Shown: positions 1 to 10,773, numbered from the whole stretch's first letter. The stretch: 50,848 nucleotides of DNA, filler included, from Catajapyx aquilonaris (GCA_000934665.2; 3 parts of 3 records of this genome joined end to end with filler, not necessarily neighbours in it), one strand, 5' to 3'. Numbers and translations: made by a program. The notes: generated by a model from the sequence alone, not told the origin.

Positions 1-20
1 AGCTGAGCAGGGTACTGGTA

Positions 21-625
21 GTGGAGGACAAGTCGGAAGATATGAGCGCCATCCAAGGAGTACTAAAGGACTTGGTCAACCACATCGTGGAGACGGAGCA
101 GAGAAGTGTGGTGACCCAGTGTGTACTAGATATTTTGGAGGCAAAAGTGACACTGCCTGTCTACAATGGCAGCGTAACATTGGCAGGCAGCACACCAGGC
201 CAACTGTACTACCAACATCACATTGTGTTGGAAACGAAGGAACTTGCTGAAGCGGCATTCAAGACACTCAGCCGGTCCAAAAGTCCACTGTGGCACATGG
301 TGAGGAAGTTGCGTATCAGTGCCACGAAACCTCACATGGTTCTGACTACGTCCAGTAATCCAAGGGCAAATATTGAATTTGATTGGGGGATTTTGTGCAT
401 CCGAAGGAAATTGAAGTAGCGTCCGTATTATACGGACTAAAAACTGTAGGAGTTGCTAGGGAAACTTAAGAAAATATGTGCGCGGAAAAAGTGATGTGTG
501 GGTACTGTGGTCTGTAGTGCCCAAGACTGGTTGTGCTGTTCACCAGATGAGATTGTTGCTGGTAAGATATTACTGGAAATTAAGTGCCCATACTCATGTC
601 GGGCTGACAATATTCTTGACAGGAT
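21..625 (+). pseudogene. YqaJ-like (lambda-exonuclease-type) viral recombinase/nuclease fragment, frameshifted; copy 1
   Basis: ORF 21..419 contains TLSRSKSPLWHMVRKLRISA (YqaJ T..QS...W...R..RITAS motif). A downstream frame at ~528-603 reads WLCCSPDEIVAGKILLEIKCPYSCR (SPD...EIKCPY nuclease motif). Broken by frameshifts and an insertion at ~625. Confidence 0.75.
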
Positions 626-850
626 TGATTGAGTAATTGTTTATTGGCGCAACAGCAGCACTGGCTATACTGCGCCAAGCACCTGTGACGTTGTAGGGCA
701 GGGCAGGCAATACCACCCCAACCCCAACGTTAAATGAACAAACTGTTTAAAACAAAGAAGAGATAATAATTATCTCTTCTTTTTTATAAACCATTAAGAA
801 CAGCAGGAAAGAGGTGTTTGCTATCTCAAAATACAAAAGATTTGAAATCA
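623..850 (-). mobile_element. Probable 3' end of a non-LTR retrotransposon inserted into the YqaJ relic (also in copy 2, ~6771-7000)
   Basis: The minus strand ends with a TTGGCGCA...TGCGCCAA hairpin, AATAAA and a CAATCAATC tail exactly where YqaJ coding similarity stops. The inner boundary is approximate. Confidence 0.35.
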
Positions 851-1063
851 GTTCTAGCCATCATCATGAGGTGTATGTGTCTGAATCACATTCAGGAGAT
901 GTTCCTCCTTGCCATTTCGTGTTAGAGAAGAATATTCACAAGCCCTGTGACATACAACCTGTGCGGGCCTACAACGGGCCCTGCCCCTGAATGTAAATAA
1001 ATATGCATATGTCATGAAGTTGGTGCAAAAAAAATGTAGCCTACCAGAATGTGACATGTGGTA

Positions 1064-2491
1064 GGGGAAGGTGGGTATGGTTGTAACAGAGGCGATATCT
1101 TTTCAAAAACACCGCGATAAACTTCGACCCGATGCTGGCTGGTGGCGCTGCCGGTCCGCCCTCACTCCAGTGGGAGAGCAATGGCGTAGGTCTGGTGCGT
1201 GCAGAAAAAAAGCACAAAAACCGTTTTGCAGGTATGGAAGTAATTTTTTCCCTTTCGATTTAAAACCTCGTAGATCGTAAAGTATTACAAATGTCCTGGT
1301 CGTACTTAGGGAAGTGAAAGGAGGTCTCCTGTAGTTACTTTCCTCCTGTTGTTTCATTGGCATGCGTACGTTTTGCACGGGAAGGCGGAAAATAAAAATG
1401 GCTGTAGTGGGTATAGTTGTAACAGGCTGTTACAACTATACCCAGCGGATGTTACAACCATACCCACGTGCTAATGTAGAATATATTTGTTGGTTAGTGG
1501 AAGCTAATAGCTACAAATAGCTACAAATACTAGTAAAATTGTAGCAAGGCTGTACCTACGTGTCCTAACTAAAAGTAACACTTTATTACCACACCGAATA
1601 ATTTCTCTCTTTCTGAAAAAAACAAAACAAAACTAGAATTGCCTGTGTGTGGAGTCATTGTCATAGACCTTCCGTGCCACTGAATTTTACCGGTATATAC
1701 TTTTTTCTTGAGTAGGAGGCCTAAGCCGAAGTGATCATGCCGCGGGTGTACGCACGCAAGACAGAGAGAGGCAGAGGACTCTCCACAGACATTCTACAAA
1801 GAGCAGCTTCCCTGTGTACGGATGAAGGACAAAGTGTGAGATCTGTGGCTAAGGATTTCAATATTTGCCACGTTACCCTCAGCAGATACCTAAAAAAGAT
1901 GCAGAAGACGGGTGCCATAACCCACGAAGGTTATACTTCGCCTAATCGTGTGTTTAACAATGACCAAGAGAAAATCCTGGAAGAATATTTGGTAATGGCA
2001 GCGGATCTCTATTACGGACTGACAACCATTGAAGTTCGCAAGATAGCTTTTCAGTGTGCCTATCGTTACAACATCAAGTGCCCGGAAACATGGAACGGAA
2101 ATGGGATGGCCGGAAAAGATTGGCTGCTTAACTTCCTAAGAAGGCACCCTGGCGTATCGCTGCGGTTACCTCAACCCACAAGCCTCTCTCGAGCTACATC
2201 ATTCAACCGAACGAACGTCGGGATGTTTTTTGACAAACTAAGTGATGTGTATGATCGATACAAGTTCACGTGTGATGCAATATATAACGTGGACGAAACA
2301 GGTGTTACAACTGTGCAAAAGCCAGGGCGAGTAATAGCAAGCAGAGGATCGAAGCAGGTTGGAGCTATGACATCCGCAGAAAGAGGCACGTTAGTGTCCG
2401 TAGCTGTCGCTGTAAGTGCAAGCGGAAACACAGTACCGCCTATATTCGTATTTCCACGCAAGAACTATCGTGACCACTTCGTTCGCGATGG
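1064..2491 (+). mobile_element. 5' part of a pogo/Tigger (Tc1-mariner superfamily) DNA transposon, 3'-truncated
   Basis: Starts right after TA 1062-1063 (empty site at 7205-7206). The TIR-like end GGGGAAGGTGGGTATGGTTGTAACA has its core repeated in direct and inverted form at ~1407-1467, followed by a transposase ORF. Confidence 0.85.
1737..2491 (+). pseudogene. pogo/Tigger transposase (HTH + CENP-B-type HTH + start of DDE_1), truncated after ~250 aa
   Basis: MPRVYARK..SVRSVAKDFNICHVTLSRY, AGKDWLLNFLRRHP, IYNVDETG, SAERG, PPIFVFPRK. After FVRDG the ORF runs into unrelated AT-rich sequence. Confidence 0.9.
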
Positions 2492-2744
2492 TTCTAGGCT
2501 GGTTGCATTTATTATGGGTGGTATACCATTTTTTCATTGTTTGATAATTTTTCATTCAATAATAATTTTTTCTTTTTTTCAATTTTTCATTTGCTGATTG
2601 TAATTACAGAATGATGGCTAATATTTCCATTTACTTTGTATAATTTGGTTTTGTTTATTAGAGGGCATTATGAAATGTTACTTGTGACAGAGATATTCAA
2701 TTTTCGTTATTGTAAAGAGGTTTATTCTTGTACTTACAGTGTAT

Positions 2745-2792
2745 TGACACCTCTGATGAGGACCCGACAGGTCCGAAACGCGTCAGGTGTTA
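2745..2792 (+). ncRNA. Minimal type I hammerhead ribozyme 1
   Basis: Stem I TGACACCT/AGGTGTTA; CTGATGA 2753-2759; stem II GGACC-cgaca-GGTCC; GAAA 2775-2778; palindromic stem III ACGCGT; GUC cleavage site after C2784. Confidence 0.9.
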
Positions 2793-3652
2793 CAGAGATG
2801 TTACAAAGGACTTATAATAAACAACAACATACAGCCACAGTAATGTGTTAATTCTTGTGGAAGTCACCAAATCGAATAAGACATGATTCGTTAATTGGAT
2901 AATCATTTACTGTCGTACCCTGGGGTCATACTCCCACTAACCTAATGACCGTCATGGTCAGGCTGGGATTAGACGTGATGTCCGGCCTGTGTGGTTAGCC
3001 GTTTTTCAATTTTCTCGCCATACTTTCTTTGTGGCCGGTGTTGAGCACTTAAAATTCTGCTAATTATTAGCGTGCTATTTTCTTTTTAAATACACCATCT
3101 TCGTCGAATTTTTGGTGCAGTTTAATCAGGCATTTATGCTCAGCTTGTCGATTTCTAAAATTAAAATCCATGGGCTGATTATTCATGCTGTTGTAATGCT
3201 GCATTGTTAAAGTATTAATTGTTTCTTGTTAATTGTCTGTCTTTATGGTCTGATTTTTCTATTGGTGGCCCTACACTTTTATGTCATCATTTAAAATTAT
3301 TTCAATTCATTTTTTGAAGCCCATAATGTTGCCAATCTGCTCTGTACTGCCATCTTGTGACTTGCCTCAGTGTTATAAAGTTTCCCCGATTAGTGATGCC
3401 ACCTGGTGACACCTGTTTCAACTTTTTTGTGTACTCTTTTTGACTATTTTTTGTGCATTTTCCGATTGATGCTGCCACCTGGTGACAATCTGTTATACTT
3501 TTTGTGCGTGTCTTGCTGTACATTTCCCTTTTCTTCTTGGAGCTTGCCTTGTGCGGACATGTTTTGTGAGTACGCCATCTTGTTGTGAGTCCCCCCTTTT
3601 ACTATTATTGTGCCTTCTCTGTCTGTAGCCATTGCTGGTGTAACTATTCCCT

Positions 3653-3694
3653 GCCTCTGATGAGTCGCTTAAAGCGACGAAACAGCTGTCAGGC
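3653..3694 (+). ncRNA. Minimal type I hammerhead ribozyme 2
   Basis: Stem I GCCT/AGGC; CTGATGA 3657-3663; stem II GTCGCT-taa-AGCGAC; GAAA 3679-3682; palindromic stem III ACAGCTGT; GUC cleavage site after C3690. Confidence 0.88.
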
Positions 3695-4280
3695 TAAAGA
3701 TCTGTCCGGCTCCAGGAATACAATTTTGAAAAAATGTCTGCCACACCTTTATTGGAGTTAGCTGGAGGAACCCGTTCTATACCATCATTTACAGACATCA
3801 TGTCAGGTGGGAAGGCCTTTTTCTACAACATTTTTTGGTGGCCCAAACGGTGCAAACAAGTGCTGGAGCAGTGGTCAGTCATCATGCTGTACGTAAGTGA
3901 AGGAGCAGTGTCCAGGTCATCATGTCATCATGTCGTCTTGATGTCCAACCTGGTGCAGCCTAGTGAAGCCTAGTGGGGTGGCCATATACCGTGTCGTGCT
4001 GAGAGGGAGCGAGGCAGCCATTTTGGATCCAATCTACTAAGCGTGGTGGCCATTTTTCATCCAATGGACTCAGGTCATGTTACGTGTTTTTCATGTTATG
4101 TGCGCTGCCAGGTCGTGTCCCAGGCTTCAATTGCTAAAGCTCATGGTGCCCAAGCGTCTGTCGACAGAGGTATCTACAAGGCCACCACCTCCAGGTGCAC
4201 CTGAATGGGCGGTGCGCAGCCCACAATGAACATCATCATCATCATCACGATTATTATTATTACTAGAAAAACCCTCGCTA

Positions 4281-4505
4281 CACTCTTAATCCGGTACCTC
4301 ATGCTGTACCCCTTGTAGCCTCGTACCTCTGATATATAAGGTAAGCCTGGTAATTTTTAAGAGGGACGCCCATTTGCGGCCCATGTAAAGGGTACATGGT
4401 GTAAATTAGGGGGTACTTAAGAGGTACCCTTGGTTAATAAAGGGTACGAAGATTTGGTACCTCTTGTTAGTACCTGATAAACGGCGTCGTATTATGAGGT
4501 ACATG
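4281..4505. mobile_element. Possible CMC/EnSpm-type transposon end with subterminal GGTAC/GTACC repeats
   Basis: Starts CACTCTTAA and is followed by about ten GGTAC/GTACC motifs in both orientations within ~220 nt. No partner end found. Confidence 0.4.
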
Positions 4506-5169
4506 TCACGTGATGCACAACTGCACATGCGCAGAAGCCTCGAACTTGGCCTCGAACATTCTGTCTCAAGTGGCCATCTTGTCATGTTATGTGAGAAGTG
4601 TGATGCTCGTCTTCCCCGCGGCTCTTGCGCTCTGTCACCCTATCGGCCCATCATATATATCCCGGCAGGGGTGATGAGCACCTAGGGTTAGTTACGATGT
4701 AGTCGGGAGCACAGTTTACAAGAAGAGTGTCGAGGAAAATAACAAGCTGCAAGCCTGCAACCCCGACCAAAGACATCAACTCCCATCGCACGCATCTGGT
4801 ATACGCATTTTCACTACCGGCCTACAGTGCTGGCCATTACCAGCAGTGCATGCAGTTTGAGGCTGGGACCTGGATGCTCAGAACCTGGTAAGCTTGTATA
4901 TGTGTGTTTGCTAGACTTCATAAAATGTCCGAAGCAGTGTAGGTGATGCATTTTCAATAGAAACCACATCATTAAGGCAGTTGTTCTCCCATGGCCCATG
5001 CCGTTAACATCATTCATTGTCATTCCAGCCCCTTATCAGCTGTCATGGTCAATAGTGTATTAGTGTCGGAGATGTGAGTGGTGTCAATACTCTCTCTACT
5101 CAATCTGGTGGCATTTCCAAGACCGGCTCATTTCTGGTCGAGCCTGCAAGTTGCCGTGTACCGAAATAT

Positions 5170-5470
5170 GGCTTACAGAATCCCAGATTTGGCGCTCCAC
5201 ATCGATGCTACGGGGTCCCTCGTATCTTCCGCTACCAATACTGACGGGACCAAGTCTGCGGTTTTCTATTACGTTGTAACTGCTGCTGACATACCAGTGT
5301 GCCAAATGCTAAGTGCGAGGCATGACGCATGGGCTAACGCCTTTTGGCTGGCTAAATGGCTTTCTGAGGTGAAAGTACTTCCCACGATGGTGGTGATGGA
5401 TAATAGCACAGCCATTATTCAGGCTACCTGCTTAGCCTTCTCCGGAATGTCATATGGAATCTATATATGC
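5170..5470 (+). pseudogene. MULE/NOF-FB-like transposase fragment
   Basis: LHIDATGSLV..VFYY..PVCQMLSARHD..FWLAKW..PTMVVMDNSTAIIQA..AF matches the DATG...D.S.A core of NOF-type Mutator transposases. Confidence 0.7.
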
Positions 5471-5589
5471 AAACGGTGCACTCTCTACTCACGTGACGAG
5501 CACCATGTGTATATTGGTTGCGTGACAAGAGGAGAAGCATTATCCCTGTCCAGTGACATCGTCGAAGGTGATGCTACTAAGAAAGGAGC

Positions 5590-5885
5590 GACTGCCACGA
5601 GTTGGTAAGGTTTTTGAACTGGCCGCCTCCCTCCCTGGGACACCTGGCAACCCTGGTGGGTGTTGCCCGGGGGGAGGGGGGGGGGGTGGAGAGAAGGGAG
5701 AAAAAGACAGAGAGAGCAGCGTGAGCCAGCAAGAGCAGCGGATGCGGAGCCCAGAGCTCCCCAGTTTGTGTCGGAGGCGTTCAGTGAGTAATTATACAGA
5801 CAGAAATAAAAGGTATTTAATGGTGTCTAGCCTTGTTTCTGAAGGTTGAAGGTAACCATTGTAGTAGAAGTGGCGCTCCAACGTT
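5590..5885 (+). mobile_element. Possible LTR 3' part plus tRNA-Lys-like primer-binding site
   Basis: AATAAA at ~5805, then TGGCGCTCCAACGT at 5871, one extra base relative to TGGCGCCCAACGT. No second LTR or clear gag. Confidence 0.25.
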
Positions 5886-6038
5886 CAGGCTGATCTTTTT
5901 AGATCGTGGACGTACCCCCACTTCGCTTCGTCTGGCTTGGTTAGCGAGGCTTAGCAGCCCTTACTGAGTAGATCGGGCGTATAAAGCTCTTTTGGGGATA
6001 TTTGGGATCTTTTGGAAAGATAACCTCGGCCATCCCAA

Positions 6039-6772
6039 ATGGCACAATATGCAGGCGGGCAAAAAAAAATAGGTACGCTAGTTTCCATGAAAGGTGTCAT
6101 CAGCCAACCACCAACTGCACCGATGGATGACATTGCCCTCATTGATCCAGAGGGAGAGTCGACCAGGGTACTGGTAGTGGAGGACAAGTCGGAAGATATG
6201 AGCGACATCCAAGGAGTACTAAAGGACTTGGTCAACCACATCGTGGAGACGGAGCAGAGAAGTGTGGTGACCCAGTGTGTAAAAGATATTTTGGAGGCAA
6301 AAGTGATACTGCCTGTCTACAATGGCAGCGTAACATTGGCAGGCAGCACACCAGGCCAACTGTACTACCAACATCACATTGTGTTGGAAACGAAGGAACT
6401 TGCTGAAGCGGCATTCAAGACACTCAACCGGTCCAAAAGTCCACTGTGGCACATGGTGAGGAAGTTGCGTATCAGTCCCACGAAACCTCACAAGGTTCTG
6501 ACTACGTCCAGAAATCCAAGGGCAAATATTGAAAGGTGATGGGGGGATTTTGTGCATCCGAAGGAAATTGAAGTAGCGTCCGTATTATACGGACTAAAAA
6601 CTGTAGGAGTTGCTAGGGAAATTTAGGAAAAAATATTCGCGGAAAAAGTGATATGTGTGGGTACTTGCCCAAGACTGGTTGTGCTGTTCACCAGATGAGA
6701 TTGTTGCTGGTAAGCTATTACTGGAAATTAAGTGCCCATACTCATGTCGGGCTGGCAATATTCTTGACAGGA
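6039..6772 (+). pseudogene. YqaJ-like nuclease fragment, copy 2
   Basis: Same motifs as copy 1 (SKSPLWHMVRKLRIS; CSPDEIVAGKLLLEIKCPYSCR); frameshifted. Confidence 0.75.
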
Positions 6773-7206
6773 TTGATTGAGTAATGGTTTATTGGCGCAA
6801 CAGTAGCACTGGCTATACTGCGCCAAGCACCTGTGACGTTGTAGGGCAGGGCAGGCAATACCACCCCAACCCCAACGTTAAATGAACAAACTGTTTAAAA
6901 CAAAGAAGAGATAATAATTATCTCTTCTTTTTTATAAACCATTAAGAACAGCAGGAAAGAGGTGTTTGCTATCTCAAAATACAAAAGATTTGAAATCAGC
7001 TCTAGCCATCATCATGAGGTGTGTGTGTCTGAATCACATTCAGGAGATGTTCCTCCTTGCCATTTCGTGTTAGAGAAGAATATTCACAAGCCCTGTGACA
7101 TACAACCTGTGCGGGCCTACAATGGGCCCTGCCCCTGAATGTAAATAAATATGCATATGTCATGAAGTTGGTGCAAAAAAAATGTACCAGAATGTGACAT
7201 GTGGTA
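6164..7206 (+). repeat. ~1.05 kb direct duplication, copy 2 (lacks the pogo insertion)
   Basis: Matches 8-1063 and continues TACTACCAAG where copy 1 switches to the pogo end. Confidence 0.95.
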
Positions 7207-7752
7207 CTACCAAGCACTTATCAATTCGAAAGATGAGAATGAGAGTGATGACTCGGATGCTGAGGATGATGTGTAAGGAACCTGTAAGGTGTGTGGCAAG
7301 ATGTAATAAAGCTTTGTGGTGTATGAAACAGAATTTTTGTGCAATAACAAGGTAGGATGAAGTAAGGTATATTGGTGGTACAGGTAGGTACATTGGTGAT
7401 CCGACCTGCGGAGCTCTATAACCGAGTTGCCTTTCCACCGGGCGCTTCAAGATTTCGCTCCTAGATGGTGCGACATGTCTCCTGTCCCCCAGGAGGAAGA
7501 CCTCTTGTCAGAAAGAGTATCGAGAAAGTTCAACCACACCAGCGGTTTTCCGGACCAGATTTCGGCCGCATGGCATCAGCGATCATCTCTGGCTTGTAGC
7601 TGTGTGTGTTTGAGAGGTATGTTATTGATAATCAGTGCATTATTAGCAGAAAATGTGTAGAATTTTTTGGTACTAAGCATGATTGGAATTTCCTCATGGT
7701 AAGCTGTAAAATCCTTACGACTCCATGTCCTTCATCAAGCGTAATTTAAAAG

Positions 7753-8518
7753 GTGTCCGCGGAAAATGTGAAAGCCGAAGATCGACACAAAGACCCGTTT
7801 CTTGACATAGTAGCTACATGGAAAGAACTAGAGGAGGCTTTGGATGAAGGACAGAGTTATAAACAAATACATGAGATTGGTTTCCTGCCACTTCGCATTC
7901 ACCTATATTCCATCTCACAACTGGAATGCTTTATGAAATGCTACCCCAAGATTCTTTACTGTGATAGTAAGGGCTCAGTTGTGCGAAAGCCAACATGGCA
8001 CACGTCAAAACGCACATATTATTACAGTTTTGTTTTCCACAGTAGAAAAGGCATGTTGCCGATTCCACTTGGCGAGCTTATTGTGGGGGATCATTCAGTC
8101 CCTTCAATTACTTATTTAATTACCAGCATGATGAGATACTATAACTTACACAAGCGACTTAATGTTGATTTAGTGGAAGTCGATTTCAGTTTCGCAATGA
8201 TACATTCTGTAATTAGGTCATGCGTAGGTGAAAGTCTTCCAAATTATTTGTTAAGAAGTTGGGAATCCTGCATAGGTAGGGAAGAATTTCTTGGAACATG
8301 TGTGCACATATGTAATGCTCATGCAAAACATGCACTGTCAATCGCATTGGCACGTAAAGGAGTGAAGAAACATGTGAAAAAGCTTGTGTTAGAAGCTTTT
8401 ACTTCCCTTCAGGAAGCTACATCCTTAGAGTCAGCAAGTAACACGTTCTACCATCTATGCAAGGTCTTGTATTCTCATGATATGACAAGAAAAGTTAGGA
8501 AGTCTTTAAAATCATTAA
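7753..8518 (+). pseudogene. MULE/NOF-like transposase, catalytic region; interrupted by the Kolobok insertion
   Basis: LYCDSKGSVVRK..YYYSFV..PLGELI..HSVPSI..VEVDFSFAMI..VHICNAH (D..G, D.S.A and CxxH motifs of Mutator-type transposases). Confidence 0.7.
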
Positions 8519-8989
8519 AGGGACACTCCACTCAAAAAACAAGTTGACCTCTAAAAATCAGGCAAAAAATCCTGATTCCGAGAATGCGATCCGTTTATCT
8601 CTGAGACGAACGCTAATGACAGGGGAAGGGACGAAAGTCGGAAAAAATTCGAGGTCTGATGGAGAGGGATGGGGGCGTCCACGGGGCGAAGTTGTATACC
8701 GGCCACCTGGCAGCTGCCTCAGGAAGTAGGGATCGTAGCCGCGCGGGTTTGAAAAAATGCAGTTCGGTGGGATATTTCTGGCTGCTGCCAATACTGTCAC
8801 GGAGGTGTTACTTTCCAGACCTCGCCTTTGCTTGGCTCCTAATTGTGTACCGGTGGGCTACATCATTCTGTTGCTGCCGCATCAGATCCCCGTAAAATTG
8901 GAATTAGTCATTGAAACAGAGCCATTAGCAATCTTCTGGCCCTAACACATATTAGCTGCTATTCTCAATCGCGTCGCGGTTATTCCAAG

Positions 8990-9430
8990 ATGGCGCAGTC
9001 CAGCGATTCTGTCGGGCCCGAATGTGCGGTAATGGAAAAGGATAGTTCGCGACCTAGTATGAAGGCTGCCGAGGGAGATAGCTCCGAACAGTCCGAAGTT
9101 CCAGGCTGCCTCCGACCCAGTCCACATGGGATCCTCCCTTATCAATTCGAGCCGTGCGAGGGTGAGGAGCAAAACACTGCCCAGAATGACGGCCTTTTGT
9201 CCTACGTCCAGAGTTCCATGGCGACTGCCTGTGAAAGTGATCCATGCACACCCGATGATGAGTTGACATGGGTGTATAGGTTGGTGGTAAATTCAAGGCT
9301 TCTCGCCATTGCCGCATCAAATCCTGATCTTCGCAAGGAAATGCGAAATACGTCACTCGCTCGGACCGTTTATTACGGCGCTTACAAACTACACAGAACC
9401 GGGCACCACCCGTGCCTTTCTCGTCCATGA
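8990..9430 (+). pseudogene. 5' remnant of Kolobok accessory (KolX-like) ORF
   Basis: ATG-initiated ORF with GILPYQFEP, resembling the PYxFEP motif I recall from Kolobok-associated proteins. The 3' half is the antisense of the THAP region. Confidence 0.45.
9054..9428 (-). pseudogene. THAP zinc-finger N-terminus of Kolobok transposase; catalytic part deleted
   Basis: CVVC..TYFAFPCEDQDLMRQWREALN..HRVCMDHF gives the C2CH THAP signature with conserved P, W and F. Confidence 0.8.
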
Positions 9431-9921
9431 TGCTACTTGCTTCCGAGCCCTCCACCATATGCCGGAATGAAAGCCAGAAATGACAAGCGTAGGACCTACC
9501 CACCCCCTGCCCTAGTGCTAAGCACAAACATGTGTCGCCTTCCAGTCGTTCCCTCCGGGCCTTTATTAGTCATGGGGATCTGATGCGTAAGCAACAGATG
9601 TAGCCCACCGGTACCCAAGCAAAGGCGAGGTCTGAAAAGTAACACCTCCGTGACAGTATTGGCAGCAGCCAGAAATATCCCACCGAACTGCATTTCAAAC
9701 CCGCACGGCTACGATCCCTACTTCCTGAAGCAGCCGCCAGGTGCCCGGGGTAGGTGTCGCCGAGTCTGGAGGGGCAGGGGGTTTGCAGCCGGCCTACTTT
9801 GCCATTTATTTATCGGATTATCGTTCGCCGTAGAAAAAAAAAACCATGGTATCACCGGAATCAGGATTTTTTCCCTGATTTTTAGAGGTCAACTTGTTTT
9901 TTGAGTGGAGTGTCCCTTTAA

Positions 9922-10773
9922 GGAAGAAGGGGTAGAAATGGTTATGTAAAAAAAGGCTACAACCTTGACGATAAAGACACAAATGAAAAAATGTACGGCA
10001 AACCTTCGAAGAAGAAGCGCCCTCTTTTGCGGGAGAAGTCGCCGTTTTATCACCATTTCAGGCTCATATCATCTAGAGCTGAAAAGGGCATAAAATATAC
10101 CAAGAAAGAAAGCATTTTGCCAGAAAACAAATATTTCAGTAACTCAGCAGTAGCAGTACTGCTGGGGTATTACATGCCTTACTTCTGTCTATGGACCAGC
10201 ATCATAATGTATAGCAAACCTTCTCTACCGAAGATGAAACGGAGCTGCAATGCAATAGTCGAAGGCCACTTCCATTACACCAAAACTCATTTACTGAGAC
10301 GAAGTATGTGGCAAACACCTGCAAGGTTTGTGAGGAAGTTGCTTACGAGTGTCAGTGGGAAGTTAAAACAGGCAGCTTACGACGTCGTGAAACCATCCAA
10401 ACGGCAGCGCACATCTGTAGCGGACAGTGACGTGGAAGAGATTTGGTGCAGAAAGAAGGCTACAAAAAATATTAAAACAATCCAAGGGAGTAGTAACCAG
10501 ATACGCATTTTCCGGCCTTCGAATCAGATGTGGCAAGACAACGTAGCGTTGCAGCTTGGATTGACGGTTGAAGGCGAAGTACCAGTGAGCGTCCTGGCCC
10601 ATGGACTACAGTTGTTGGGGCCACCTGTACAATTGAGGAACATTGTAGGGGACGGAAATTGTTTGTTTAGATGCATGAGCTATGCCATTACTGGTTCTGA
10701 GGATAGCCACATACAATTAAGGAAACTAGTCGTAGATCACATGATCACAAATCTGAGAAACAGAACTTGCTAA
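9922..10773 (+). pseudogene. C-terminal part of the MULE/NOF-like transposase with an OTU-like cysteine protease motif, truncated
   Basis: SPFYHHF, NKYFS, YMPYFCLWT, NAIVEGHF (third acidic residue region), EEIW, then IVGDGNCLFRCMSYAITGSEDSHIQLR. Rejoining across the Kolobok site needs a 1-nt frameshift. Confidence 0.7.

Larger units (their letters stand above)
8..1063 (+). repeat. ~1.05 kb direct duplication, copy 1 (copy 2 at 6164-7206)
   Basis: Alignable base by base from CAGGGTACTGG to GACATGTGGTA with scattered substitutions and small indels. Confidence 0.95.
2492..3740 (+). mobile_element. Two probable Penelope-like element 3'/pseudo-LTR remnants, each carrying a hammerhead ribozyme
   Basis: T-rich non-coding tracts leading into minimal type I hammerheads, the known PLE arrangement. 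No RT ORF seen; boundaries approximate. Confidence 0.4.
8519..9917. mobile_element. Internally deleted Kolobok DNA transposon (1399 bp)
   Basis: TTAA on both sides (8515-8518, 9918-9921). Near-perfect ~60-bp TIRs begin AGGGACACTCCACTCAAAAAACAAG. Further subterminal inverted repeats at ~8705-8890 and ~9575-9745. Internal THAP ORF. Confidence 0.88.
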
